DNA of 62,235 nucleotides, the filler included, from Squatina squatina (Eukaryota): NCBI GenBank assembly GCA_031763465.1. It is 3 parts of 3 records of this genome, joined end to end, with 100 filler letters (N's around TTAATTAATTAA, not from the genome) between each part and the next. Parts side by side here need not be neighbours in the genome. Positions count along the whole stretch, not along the records: positions 1 to 19,958 come from JARFOE010000194.1; positions 20,059 to 47,997 come from JARFOE010000192.1; 1 more part is not named here. One strand, 5' to 3'. A program made the position numbers and the translations under genes. Position 1 is the stretch's first letter; the number at the start of each line of letters is the position of its first letter. Below are positions 14,011 to 28,000 of this stretch, one piece after another. The notes below the pieces were generated by a model that had not been told where the DNA came from, ran no database searches, and worked only from the letters and a program-made list of their open reading frames with translations.

Positions 14011-17000
14011 CAGAACACTTTCCTGAACGCCTACCCTCTATTTTCTGTTTTAGTTCATTCTGCTACCTGGCCTCTGACTTCACATGCTCTAAGCTTTGTG
14101 ATAGGTTGTCATCTGTTACATTATTCTTGAAATCAGCATAGTGGAAAAAATGTTCCCTATAAGCATGCATCTCTCTGCTGGTCCCGCTCAGCCCGGGACT
14201 GGCCTTTTCAACGTAAAGTTTTGCACGTGTGCAAAACTGTCAATGGGGTGCGCACCCAAAAAAAATAAGAGGGAACATTGGTGGAAAATAAATCTCAATT
14301 CCACTTTTTGTTCAATTTTTTAAAAAATTCTATTGTTTGTGGTAGACGGTAACATTAGTTGATGTATCCAGTGAATCCCCAGTACAATGGTAGAGAAGGC
14401 CACAAATGGTCTTAATAGTGATACATCCAGAAAATCCTCCCCTGCCCCCTCAGTAGAGGTTATGTGAAGGAGCACACAGGTCCAAATAACAGTGGTAGTT
14501 ACTCATGCTGCTTATGTAGGAGTTATCACTCAAGGGTAATAGTGCAGCTTCACTTACACTAACAGACATGGGTAGGAATAACCACTGTTTTAAACTGAGC
14601 ACTGTAACCTCCTTAAAGGACCCAAATATTGGCCACTCTGAACCAAAAGTGCAAATTTACCTGAATACGATATTAGATTAGACTTTAAACTAGTGTTATC
14701 TTACTGGGATGGGTTTATTTTATTATGCAGAAATTTCAAATAACTGCTACTGCTCTAAGCTGAAAAGGAGACAGAATTGGCATTTTAAATTTCAATCAAG
14801 ATATTTAACTTTGGATGGGATGGCAGTGATGCAGTGCAGAGATAACCCAGCATGTGCGGGGGGCGGGGTGTGATGGAGTTGCTGGGTGCATTGCTTCCAT
14901 CCTTAAATCAAAGCTCATTTTCCTCAGTTCCATATCACGAGACTTCCATTAGACTACAGATACCCATGTTATGCTGCTCTGTGCTTGGACATAAGGGAAC
15001 CCCTTAAACCCTTGTACAGAACTCTACTCACCAGCACTGAAATGCCTCTGAACTTTCTGATGTTACTTATTAAAAGTGCAAGCGCTTCCTTTGGTGAAGG
15101 TGGCGACGCACCAGACAGGTCAGTGATGCAGTCTGATGCACACTATTATCATGATGCTTATGAAGACTCTCACCGACCCATGAGATGTGGAATCAAGAGA
15201 GGTCATACGAATTGCTGGGGCACTTTCATTGTGTAAAGTTAGATATAACTGTCCTTCTTAAACTCTTTCTAGTAGGTTACTCTGTTGAGCTTGTGGGATT
15301 TTCGATTCAGTTACAGGACAGTAGTCAGCAACTGCTGGGTTAAAAGAATTGATAACTGAAAGTGCGCTGGTATAGTTTTAATGTCATTTCCAATGTTCTG
15401 AATTGTCCACTTGTCTCACCTGTAAAGCAGTGAGAACCTGTCATCCCTGGGTCAAGTTTAAGTCTTTCCTTCAACAAAATAATTGTTTCAATTTCAGACT
15501 GGATGGCATCTGAGCAGTCTGCCTTCTCATGGAATTAAACATCTGCCATTTCCTATGAAGAATTAATTTGCATTTTCTATTATGGAAATATGCCCAGGGT
15601 CGCATGGTGCCAGACTTTCGAGGAGTAGCTGGGGCCTGTAACAGAGGCAGCTGCGATCCAGATTTCCAGTGCAGCATCTCAACAGGCAGTGAGAAGAATG
15701 GATAATCTGTTCAGTAAACAGTACTAGTAGAGAGTGGCAATCAGCAGAGAGAACTTGAGCCCAAGAGAGAATGTGTCAGTTTTGTGCTGGGAATGCTGTA
15801 CAGAGATGTTTTACTGAGAATAACACTGCTAGAGGAGAGGCAAAGATTGATTGACACTGCACAATTACCACCTTCAGCATTCATTTCATACTGTACTGAA
15901 TTAGTTCAATTCTTTAAAAAAAAACCACAATTTTTCAAATGATTTTAGTCTCATTTTAAGTCGCGTTGATTATTACATCAAATCTGGCCACCTGACAAGC
16001 AGTAGAATCTGTTTCCAGGCCTCAGTGAGATTCTGTAATCTGACACTAGGAAATTATGTGAAATTGATGCAAGCTTATTTCACCCACCAACCTTCCCTCC
16101 TCCCATTTTGGACTGCCTCACGTTCACCACCCTCCCCGCTCCCCCACTCCCCATGTCCCAAGTAGCCCAATTGAAATTAGAAGCTCACCATAGGCTTTCC
16201 AAATGATGTCCTTCAAATAGTATGAGGGACACTGTGCTGGTAGTCATTTGAATGTGCTTTAGGACACAGAAAGAGGACATTTGGCCTTTCATACCTTTCA
16301 TACCAACTACTCACATAATGCCATTCCCCTGCTTTATTTTCCAATACCTTAGTAAAATTTTGTTTTTCAAATATTTACCTATTTGCCTCTTGTGGATTCT
16401 GTTTCCATCATTGTTTCAGGTAAGGCATTCCATTTTCTACCGAATCTCTATGTAACAAAACTCTCCCAATCTTACCCTTCATTCGTTTGGTGTTGATCTT
16501 AAATTTATACCTGCTACTCAGTAACCAGTGGGAATAGTTTTGTCCTGAGTTACCTTATCAAAAGCTCTCAATTTTGAACATCTCTACCAGACCTCCTTAC
16601 AACCTTCTTTGTTCCAATGAAAAAATTCTCAATTNNNNNNNNNNNNNNNNNNNNNNNNNNNNNNNNNNNNNNNNNNNNNNNNNNNNNNNNNNNNNNNNNN
16701 NNNNNNNNNNNNNNNNNNNNNNNNNNNNNNNNNNGGTGGCCCACTCCCTTTACGGGAGGCCTGGCAGTGCTCCTGACATCAGCGCGCAGTGATGGGATCA
16801 CATCAGTGCGCAGCACGAGAAAGGCCGGCTCCGGCCCCTAAACAAATCAATTTCAGCACCAAAATACCTTATAATCATCAACGAACTGTGGGCAACTCCA
16901 CTGGTAACTTACCAGAACTTAAAAAAAAAAATCCAAATTCAAATTGGGACAATTTCAATGCCAGCAATAACTTTCCACTTTCTATACTCAGTGGAAACTG

Positions 17001-19958
17001 AAACATAAATTGTAACTGGCATCACAATGGGTACTAAAAATTGGTACATGACAGAACCTTCCTCAATCAGATTTGTGCTGGTCTAAATATTAACACTGCA
17101 ATATTAAGAAGAATGAAATACAGCAAGCGGGGTCTTCTCATAGAAATAACGGCTGCTCCGTTGATTGGTTCATTTTTTTTTCCTGCATTATTAAAACATA
17201 AATTACTATGGACACAACAATGGTTAAAGGAGAATTTGTTGTGAATGCCCTTACTTTATATTCATTGCAAGCCAGAATTCCTGAATGCAGACAACCCACT
17301 AACTCTCACCTGTTCAGTTTACTAGTAATCACCGGCTTCAGAATGATAGTAAATTGCTGTATCCAGTAAGGCAGATAGAAGGCGTACCCAATATCTTTTC
17401 TTAGTTGATATTTTGGTGAATTTTGTGATCATCAAATGTGGGGTAGTGAATTTCTTTTCCACTTTTGTCACTAGTACTCAAGTATAGAATAGCCAGTTGC
17501 AAGTCATTAATCACTCTTACTCTTCCCTAACATCCCTATCATCTTATTCTTAACTTCAGAATAATATTCCTGATTTGCCAATAAACATTTCCAGTGTAGG
17601 AAGCTTTACACCAGGAGCACTAAAGTCGTGCACGTACCCCGATAGACCTGATTTATGGTCTTGAATGGAAGCGGGTAGCTTTAGCTTTAGATAAGTTGAA
17701 GAAACTACTTTCATTGCTTCCCCTTCCTCCTACCACTCCACCTCCAGCATCTGCCCCTGCTTCCTGGCAGACATATCGAGCTTGCTTTAGCTCCACGTCA
17801 CTGCCAAGAACAAGTCAATAGCTTTTTTTTAATTCTCAGAAAATGTATTATTAAAAGCTCACGACTTGCAGTGATGCCAAGTTGAAATCACTGTGAAGTC
17901 CAACGCACTGGGCACAATATTTTGGAATAAAAGTTGGAGGTTTGACTTTGGATTGGCTCTCCAAAGATAGATTGTGCTCATATGTAAGTGTCACATAAGG
18001 TCAAAACCTGCACATCATAGAAGTTTACGGCACAGAAGGAGGCCATTCAGCCCATCGTGTCTANNNNNNNNNNNNNNNNNNNNNNNNNNNNNNNNNNNNN
18101 NNNNNNNNNNNNNNNNNNNNNNNNNNNNNNNNNNNNNNNNNNNNNNNNNNNNNNNNNNNNNNNNNNNNNNNNNNNNNNNNNNNNNNNNNNNNNNNNNNNN
18201 NNNNNNNNNNNNNNNNNNNNNNNNNNNNNNNNNNNNNNNNNNNNNNNNNNNNNNNNNNNNNNNNNNNNNNNNNNNNNNNNNNNNNNNNNNNNNNNNNNNN
18301 NNNNNNNNNNNNNNNNNNNNNNNNNNNNNNNNNNNNNNNNNNNNNNNNNNNNNNNNNNNNNNNNNNNNNNNNNNNNNNNNNNNNNNNNNNNNNNNNNNNN
18401 NNNNNNNNNNNNNNNNNNNNNNNNNNNNNNNNNNNNNNNNNNNNNNNNNNNNNNNNNNNNNNNNNNNNNNNNNNNNNNNNNNNNNNNNNNNNNNNNNNNN
18501 NNNNNNNNNNNNNNNNNNNNNNNNNNNNNNNNNNNNNNNNNNNNNNNNNNNNNNNNNNNNNNNNNNNNNNNNNNNNNNNNNNNNNNNNNNNNNNNNNNNN
18601 NNNNNNNNNNNNNNNNNNNNNNNNNNNNNNNNNNNNNNNNNNNNNNNNNNNNNNNNNNNNNNNNNNNNNNNNNNNNNNNNNNNNNNNNNNNNNNNNNNNN
18701 NNNNNNNNNNNNNNNNNNNNNNNNNNNNNNNNNNNNNNNNNNNNNNNNNNNNNNNNNNNNNNNNNNNNNNNNNNNNNNNNNNNNNNNNNNNNNNNNNNNN
18801 NNNNNNNNNNNNNNNNNNNNNNNNNNNNNNNNNNNNNNNNNNNNNNNNNNNNNNNNNNNNNNAGTAGTTAAGGAAGAAAGACTTGCATTTATATAGCGCC
18901 TTTCACAACCACCGGACATCCCATAGTGTTTTACAGCCAATGAGGTACTTTTGAAGTGTAATCACTGATGTAATGTAGGAATAAGGGATAATTGGTAATG
19001 AGATAATAGGTTTTCCAGTACTGGTACAGCTTAGTCATGAATAGCTAGAAACAAACCCAAAACTCACCTGAAGTGTTGGCCTAGATTTTCTGATCCAGCA
19101 CGATTCCCACCAGTTCGGTGGCAGGGCAAGCTTTGCGTACACCTGTCTTCAAAGTGGGCAGACATATTCAACATCCAGTGATACTTCCAGTGAAAAATCC
19201 CCCCAGAGCTCCCATTGAAGGGCGAAGGGGAAAGAGTGGGGGAGTGGAACTAATAGGACAGCTCTTTCAAAGAGGCAGGATGGGCCGACTAGCCTCCTTC
19301 TGTGCTGCCAGATTCTATGAAGTAGCAGTGGATGTCGCGAGAACATGCTCTCCATCATCGAATCCTGTATGTGAATGCCTGCCCTTGATGATTTTACGTT
19401 GGAAAATTATGTATGGAGTGGAATGTTTACATCCAATTTGTCTGGATAAATAAGAGATAATTCACACAACAACCACGGCCAAGGTTGTTTTTCTATTGAG
19501 TCCCTTTCAGACCTGACTAAAACAGCACAAGTTTTACATTTCCTGCACAGCATCTGTTCACAAAAATACCAAACAGGAACAAAATCAACAATGGTGGCAC
19601 GCTGCCTTATTCCTATTGAAGAAATCATAGGAGTTGAAAGGAAATTCTGTTGACTTTTCAGTTAGTCAACCAAAAAAAACACAAACCACACGCTGATGTC
19701 TCTAGGCGAGTAATGTCATAAATGCCTTTGCATAATACGTTGCTTTTATTTAAGACGACAAAGAAAGCTGAAAGTAAACAGAACAGAATAGAATTCTCCA
19801 TCATTAATTTGTTTACATTTTTCTTCCTGTTCTGTTTGAAAGCCTTGTAATGACCCAAGAGTCCATTTGCATTTCAGAAGAACATTAAAAGCAATATCAG
19901 AAAATATTATTGCTGTCTTTCCTTGTTCAGTCTATCTTCTTCTTGTGTCATCTCTGTT

Positions 19959-20058
19959 NNNNNNNNNNNNNNNNNNNNNNNNNNNNNNNNNNNNNNNNNN
20001 NNTTAATTAATTAANNNNNNNNNNNNNNNNNNNNNNNNNNNNNNNNNNNNNNNNNNNN
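19959..20058. other. Artificial scaffold spacer (44N-TTAATTAATTAA-44N)
   Basis: A palindromic 12-mer with stops in all six frames (20003-20014) is centred in a 100-nt gap. An identical construct lies at 47998-48097. Confidence 0.93.
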
Positions 20059-20376
20059 ATTCCGAGATCTCTACCCTCCTCCAAATCTGGCCTCTTGCAT
20101 ATCTCTGAATTTAATTACTCCAACATTGATGGCCATGCCTTCAGCTGCCTAGGCCCTAAGACCTGGAATTCCCTCCCTAAACCTCTCTGCCTCTCTTCTT
20201 CTCTCTCCTCCTTCAGGGCATTCCTTAAAACCTACCTCTTTGACCAAGCTTTTGGTCACCTGTCCTATTATTTCCTAATGTGGCTCGGTGTCAGATTTGG
20301 TTTGATAACGCTCCTGTGAAGAGCCTTGGGACATTTTACTGCATTAAAGGTGCTATATAAATGCAAGTTGTTGTTG
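20059..20376 (+). mobile_element. L2-like LINE/SINE 3' end
   Basis: Remnant AFSCLGPKTWNSLP...FLKTYLF followed by the tail ttaaaggtgctatataaatgcaagttgttgttg. A related tail lies reversed at ~18880-18980. Confidence 0.75.
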
Positions 20377-23250
20377 ATTATATTAACAGTAGGCCTATAC
20401 CAAGGGCTTGCAGACTGCTCAACCAGTCAGTCACCAATTTGAAAGCATTTTAGTGGAATTTATACTAGTAGTTTGCATGAGACAGAGTGCTCCGTGTAAA
20501 ATGTTGATATTATTATTGCAGATTCTTCCAAGAAATCATGTACAATTCATCAGCAGAAAATTCAACAGCCATTTGGATATGGTTTATGTTAAATAGGTCA
20601 AAACAAAGACATTCGAAGCCCAGTATATATTTCCATCTGACACTGTACCTTGTTATGGGGTATATTCAGATGTCTGTTTTTAACTCATTCATTGCTGGAA
20701 CAAGGAAGAAAGACAGCAATTATTGGAGGATGAACAGGAATACTGAAATATTCTGCCTATTTAAAAAAAATTTCAGCATAGGATTTCAATACTAGGAGTA
20801 TGGAGATTATGGTTTTTGGCTAAAATATGTTATGGAGCATTCTTGTTCTGGAACAGCATAGTTAGGGTTAAGTACATTTGTATGCAGAATTGATGGCTTA
20901 TAAGCTAATGTTTCCTAGGGTGAAGAGTTTAGTAAGCTCTCCATTGGACAGATGCTTGCACAGCTTGTCTTTCATGTGTTGTAACTTGATGCAGGGGCAC
21001 ATGTGTTGATCCATCACTGCTGCACTGTGCTAGATATCGGTGTACTATTTGTGGGAACAAGTTAACCACCACAGGCTGGATTGCCTTTATTATTTATGCG
21101 TCAGGCCAGTGCTAACACATTGGAAAGTTGCACTCTGTTTGATGTAGGGTTGCCAACCCTCCAGGATTGTCCTGAAGACTCCAGGAATCGAAGATTNNNN
21201 NNNNNNNNNNNNNNNNNNNNNNNNNNNNNNNNNNNNNNNNNNNNNNNNNNNNNNNNNNNNNNNNNNNNNNNNNNNNNNNNNNNNNNNNNNNNNNNNATTG
21301 GGCATATTAGACAAAAATTATTGACATGCATATAAGATTAGACTTTTTTATTCATTCTCAGGATGTGAACATCGCTGGCAAGGCTGGCATTTATTGCCCA
21401 TCCCTCGTTACCCTGAGAAGATGGTACTGGGCCTTCACACAACACGTATACTGCAAAAGATTCTTAACAATTCCTAGTCCTTGGAGGCATGGGGAAGGAA
21501 CTTTTTTTCTCCCAGTTGCTATGAAAGGGAAAGAAAACCCACCCACAATAACCTCAATCTCCACATAGCTTAACAGTCAATAACCTTATAATATGAACCT
21601 GCTATGACTGGTTCTCTGAGTTAATCAAGATTCCAAATAGCAAGGTCTCTGATAATCTTGCCATTACTTCCATTTTTATAATACTGTATAGGTTAAAAAT
21701 AAATATACATAACATTTTATTTACAGCGATACTCTTTGAGCCCATTTCTTCATTAGTATATAGTCAGTCAGAAAGGCACCAACAAGCACTTAAAGGGTTA
21801 CATTCCACTTCTGTTTAAAAATCAATACAGTGCGTTGGGGTATTTTTCTCCATTAGAGGTGCTATATAATTGCCATTGTTCTTGTTATGTGAATTTATAA
21901 CAGTTCTCAAGAAAGGAAGCAAAAAGTGTTAATGGATTTGATGCTCTGAGTAATGGTCAGACTTTCCCAGTCTTCTTGTGGCTTGTTCATCATTTTCCAA
22001 AACAACAACAAAGGCAGGCCGATAAATGTACAATTTCTGCAGTGTAATGGCACTGGATGGCATTGGTTGTGGGTGTAATTTGCACAGAATCATCCATCTC
22101 TAGATGGGTTTCTGTTGAAAAGTGTATCTACAAAATGATGGTTTTAAAACTTCAGGGTGCACTGATTACTAAATCTGTGGCAGACAGGATTAATTTACGT
22201 CAGAGACATTTAAATCAATGTCTAATAAAACAAATACACATTGCAAACTGTGAGCGGGCACATAAAATTTTGTCCTCCCAATGTCATATTAATATTAATT
22301 TGAGGAACACATCATGCTATGTAAATCTCAGTAAAGTTTGCATTACCCGGTAAGGTCGGAAATTGGCCTCGGTCTTCTGCTGCCGGCCACGCGAAGCAGT
22401 GACTTGAATTGGGCGTTCAGTTGTGGGGAATGGGTGGGAGCTTTGTCCAGCTGCAACTCCGCACCTGTTCCCTCAAGGTGTCCTTTCTGTGGAGTGGGCA
22501 TCTTTGGAACTCCCACCACAAATGGGTGGACACTTCATGGCGATGGGGAGGGCGGGGGTTGTCCATCCTGCAAGGCACTTCCCAACATTCAGGTGGGCAG
22601 AACACTGATTCTAAAGGAATGGCCGTTCAGCGTTGCCAAAGGAATCAACTGTGGTGACAGCTGATCTTTAAAGACCTGGGTAAATAAATTTAANNNNNNN
22701 NNNNNNNNNNNNNNNNNNNNNNNNNNNNNNNNNNNNNNNNNNNNNNNNNNNNNNNNNNNNNNNNNNNNNNNNNNNNNNNNNNNNNNNNNNNNNNNNNNNN
22801 NNNNNNNNNNNNNNNNNNNNNNNNNNNNNNNNNNNNNNNNNNNNNNNNNNNNNNNNNNNNNNNNNNNNNNNNNNNNNNNNNNNNNNNNNNNNNNNNNNNN
22901 NNNNNNNNNNNNNNNNNNNNNNNNNNNNNNNNNNNNNNNNNNNNNNNNNNNNNNNNNNNNNNNNNNNNNNNNNNNNNNNNNNNNNNNNNNNNNNNNNNNN
23001 NNNNNNNNNNNNNNNNNNNNNNNNNNNNNNNNNNNNNNNNNNNNNNNNNNNNNNNNNNNNNNNNNNNNNNNNNNNNNNNNNNNNNNNNNNNNNNNNNNNN
23101 NNNNNNNNNNNNNNNNNNNNNNNNNNNNNNNNNNNNNNNNNNNNNNNNNNNNNNNNNNNNNNNNNNNNNNNNNNNNNNNNNNNNNNNNNNNNNNNNNNNN
23201 NNNNNNNNNNNNNNNNNNNNNNNNNNNNNNNNNNNNNNNNNNNNNNNNNN

Positions 23251-23499
23251 GTGTACATTCAGAGATCAGCAGAAGTATGAGTGGGGAGACCCCTACCTCG
23301 ATTGGGGCCTCCCACGTGATCCGAGCAGCATCTGCGAACCACAAACCTTGCTAGGATACCTGGGCCTCTACGCTAGCATTCGCACAGAGGCCCAGGAACA
23401 CAAGGCTGCGAACCTACCGGATCACCAAGTAATTTTGGAAAAATCTTTCCGGTCGGAGGCCTGTGCCCGTGGGAAGGTTCCGACCGGAACTTCAGGGCC
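23251..23499. mobile_element. Terminal part of a Harbinger-like MITE (related to 57735-58466)
   Basis: Shares gattggggcctcccacgtga and cggaggc...ggaagg segments and ends in cttcagggcc. Confidence 0.55.
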
Positions 23500-24021
23500 A
23501 TTGTTTGCTCCAACTCATTCCTATTTGTGCCATTTCACTCACCCAGTGTCATCATCAAGCACTTGCAGACTGGCGTAGCACACAGGGGCAGAATAAAGCT
23601 CCTCTACTTTGCCCAGACCCCACCCCCACAAATGCAACACTTTTCCATTTCTCACACCAACTTTCTCTGACCTTTCAATGAGCTTGCCTGTTTAGTGTTA
23701 AATAGGAGCTTTTGTTTTGTGCTGTGTGCCCATATGCACCAGGAACTGGCTTGTGTCTATACGACATAGAGGGCTGCAATCTTTATTGAAGGAGTAGAGT
23801 CTGTTCAGACACTAGACGGTTAACAGTGGTTTCTGTGCCTGACTAATTTCTTCCTGGCAGTGATACAGCATTTTATCAATGCATTTATTAATATAAACAG
23901 TATGTGCAGAAGGCAGCCCAGAAGTTTGCATTTGATGAAAGGCAGTCTTGTGAACCAGATCACAGTGTAAAATCCACAACATTTTCCTGAAATCTCTTCG
24001 CTCTTGTCATCTCCCTTCTTT

Positions 24022-24056
24022 TCACACAGTCTCAACTTTGCTGGGATCGTAAGCAT
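24022..24056 (-). CDS. JCAD: JCAD final coding exon
   Basis: Acceptor ttttccag|AT GCT TAC GAT CCC AGC AAA GTT GAG ACT GTG TGA. With the phase-1 G from the previous exon it reads DAYDPSKVETV*, matching the mammalian C-terminus DSYDPSRVERV. Confidence 0.9.
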
Positions 24057-25004
24057 CTGGAAAACAGGAACGATGCAGGGTAAAGAAAATTGCATCAACA
24101 TCTGTTTCACACATAATTCGTACAGCCACAGGCTTGCTCACACCTCAGCCTGTGCAATCCAATGTGACAGTATTCAGAGTTATGGAATGGTCAGCTCGTT
24201 AACCACAAGTTGAAGCTAGTGTGGAGTGATGCAGAGATGTAAAACATCTCCATTTTCCGCAGACAGCCAGTGTTTGGAACGTGGTGCTCTGCATTGCCTA
24301 TTCTTCTGCTTCAAAATCAGTGCGGGGACAGAGCTGAGCTGTCTCCAACTGAAGCTTCCANNNNNNNNNNNNNNNNNNNNNNNNNNNNNNNNNNNNNNNN
24401 NNNNNNNNNNNNNNNNNNNNNNNNNNNNNNNNNNNNNNNNNNNNNNNNNNNNNNNNNNNNTACACGCCGGCCTTGCCGGTGACACCCACATACTGTGAAT
24501 GAATAAATAAAAAATAACCAAAGAACTGTATCACAGAGTGTCAGTGCACAGGTCTATGCCCCAAATTCTGTGTTCCTGATCTCAGACGTTCCTTGAGAAG
24601 ACACTATCATGAAGCAGAGACAGCACAACTCATGTGTATTTCTTTGCATCTAATTTTGGCTTGGCATTGGCAGAGACTTTGGAGGAGGTCCCCTACCCAT
24701 CTGTTGGTTGGAGCTGGTGCCTGGTGCAGGAAAACACAAGAAAAAAAGAGGGGAGACAACACCTTAAAGACAGGAAGACTCGCCATTAAGCAAAAGATGG
24801 CTATCACGTTTCAATAACTCGATAAAGTGCCTGCTCGTGCCTGTGAAGTGAAAATGCCAATCGTTTTACTTAAAAACACATCTTGGACCGTACTACACCA
24901 AAAGCATCCCTTTATTTACACATTCTTCAGCGAGCATCATCCAGTCTATGAGATGCAGTGAATCTACTCATGACATTGTGCTCTAAAGATTTTACAAAGC
25001 ATAC

Positions 25005-28000
25005 CTCCAATCTCTTTGTTCTCAGCATCAGCCGTTATTGAAGACACAAAAGATTCCAAATCCTGGTCCCGTGATATGATTCTCTTTCTTGTTGTGCAGG
25101 TGTCTTCTCCTCTGGCCGGTGTGTAAACTCCTTCCTTCTCTCCTCGCTCCGTGCTACATTTATCCTCATCAAGTTCATCACCAGAATCTGCACTTTTTAT
25201 GCTGAGACGTCTGATACGGGAAACCGAATCTACTTCTTTCATTCTGGCCAAGCGGTCCAAAGCTGTTCGGCTTGGAGATGATGCAAGTTTACCTTGCAAG
25301 GCTTCAATCATCTCGGAAGTGTTTCGACCTTTCCTGTCTGTACCTGGGACAGAGGCGTTTTTTCTTTCTGTGCCAAAACAGCAATTTTTGTCAGCCCAAT
25401 TGTAAAACTCCTTGAAAGGTCCATGAAAGAATTCGTTTATGATGGCCCTTTTCCCCAACTGCAAGTCTTTGTTACTTTCAGNNNNNNNNNNNNNNNNNNG
25501 CACATTATTTCCATTTGGAATCCAAGTGCCTGTTCCATAGACAGGGCTGTGTTGCCATTCTGATTGTATGTTAACGTCAAAAGGTTTTTCTTTTATATGC
25601 TCTTCTGAAGCATATTTCCTGTTTGCTATAAAATGATCATAAGTATAGCCCAGCTCTACTTCAGCAGAAGATTTTGTTTCATTTACTCCTGTATCCTGAA
25701 ACAGCATTTTCTTCCCTGGAGAAATCAAGGTTTCTGCTGCTACGTCTATTCCTAAAATCCTGGCAGCTCTTTCTTCTAATGATTCATTTTTGGAAATTCC
25801 TTCTGCAGTTTTCTGTTCAAAGAGGTCATTCAGGTTGTCAATGTCTGGTCTTGTGCTTTTATGACGGCTTGGAGAGCTCAGGTCAGTTTCTGAGCAGCCC
25901 TGATCATTGTCATGTTGAGATAACGTTTTTCTAATGCTGCCATCACATTCAGTATTTAGAGTTGGCACAGTTTTTTTACCTGGTGCCGCAACTCTGATTG
26001 ATGAGTCTCCATTAATTGTGCTCTCTGCCGTTGTTTCCCTTAACTGATGCATAGGCTTTCGAACTCCATTGATGTTCATGCATTGCCTTTCGCTGTTGGT
26101 GTCTTTCACATTCTTTTCATTGTTTACTTTCGTGAATTGTGCATTGTTTGTTGTGNNNNNNNNNNNNNNNNNNNNNNNNNNNNNNNNNNNNNNNNNNNNN
26201 NNNNNNNNNNNNNNNNNNNNNNNNNNNNNNNNNNNNNNNNNNNNNNNNNNNNNNNNNNNNNNNNNNNNNNNNNNNNNNNNNNNNNNNNNNNNNNNNNNAT
26301 CTGGGCAACTCTTATTACTGCAGCTGTCCATCTGTTCTTTGGGCTTGGTTATCATGGCAATTGGTTTTTCAAGCACACACAGCTCAGGTTTCTGACAGAA
26401 CATCATTTGACTGTTTGAAAAATCTTTCTCTGAGTTTATCGATTGGATTGCAGGAAGCTCACTGTCTTCATTTTCCTTGCGCAATGCCTGGAGGTTACGA
26501 TCCTCTTGTTCCTGAATCTCTTTGTTGAAACTTTCTAATTCACTGATTGCGTCCCAAGGACGACGGTTTACAGGCTTCAGCAGGAACTGACCAAAACCTA
26601 CCGTCTCCTTCCCATTGTTGATTGAAGTCTGAGGACACACTCTGCTGCCTTCCTCGCGCTCTTCCGCACTTACATCTCTGCCTTTCTCATGCGGCCTTTT
26701 TGAAGCCCCATCGAGCTGACTTTGGTGCACGTTAATGTGACTGACCTGATACTGTGTAGATGATGTCCTGGAGAAAGCACTGTTGGTAGATGGATACAAG
26801 CTTGTTTGACCATTTATTGAATAGTTACTTAGCTTACGTTTCTGGTCCTGGATGGCTTTAACATCTGCACTTCTTTTATCTCCTTTCAGTAATTCCGGTT
26901 CTGAGTGGTTCTGACTTTGTATCTGGTTGCCTGTGGCGACCTTTTTTATGGCACCAGTGAATGACCGAGCAGTAGGAGGGCCTTTAATGAAACTCGTTTG
27001 CGTTTCTTGATCTCTGTACTGGTCACCTGGCCAAGAGCCAGAGGCTCTTAATTCTCTGTGTTGGTTGAAATTATAACCAACTGCATGTCTGTGGCTAACT
27101 TCATTCCAGGGCTCTGGTCTCTTCAACCCATTTTCTGACATCATATTTCCTGTCAATGCTTGTAACTCCAAGTCAGAGGAAGACATGCTTAAAAAACTTT
27201 GCTCTGTTAAGTTTCCAGTGCTATCATTCATAACCCTTTCAACGTTTCCATTTCTCATGTCATTATTGAGTGCATCTTCATTTGACTCGCCTTCAAGTGT
27301 TTTGACTGGCACAGAAACTAGACAAAATATTGTTTCTGTCATCCTTCTTTTTGGGCGTTTCTTTTCTTGCACCTCAAAACACTGGGAATCTGGTTCCCAC
27401 TTTTTTAGTTGGGTTATAGTTTCAACAGTGCCTGGATTTGCAAGCAGTTCCGCTTTAGAATTGGCATTTGAATGCGGAAAGCCTGCTGGATGGTTTGTGG
27501 TTGAAAGAACCCTTGTGTTATACTTCAATGAGGAGTCACACTGGTTGTCGACGTATGGTTTACAACAATGGTCAGACTTGGCACCATTCTCACTCTCTGG
27601 CTTGGATGCTACCAACCATCTGTTGCTAGTTGTAGGATCGGTGATAGGCCTCAGGCCTGCCTGAGTGGAGTAATATGACCCTGATGGAACAGAAAAGGNN
27701 NNNNNNNNNNNNNNNNNNNNNNNNNNNNNNNNNNNNNNNNNNNNNNNNNNNNNNNNNNNNNNNNNNNNNNNNNNNNNNNNNNNNNNNNNNNNNNNNNNNN
27801 NNNNNNNNNNNNNNNNNNNNNNNNNNNNNNNNNNNNNNNNNNNNNNNNNNNNNNNNNNNNNNNNNNNNNNNNNNNNNNNNNNNNNNNNNNNNNNNNNNNN
27901 NNNNNNNNNNNNNNNNNNNNNNNNNNNNNNNNNNNNNNNNNNNNNNNNNNNNNNNNNNNNNNNNNNNNNNNNNNNNNNNNNNNNNNNNNNNNNNNNNNNN

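Noticed and set aside
17974-18940. Long ORFs of 279-297 aa (and similar X-filled ORFs at 22589-23344 and elsewhere)
   Set aside because: They are artefacts of translating through N gaps.
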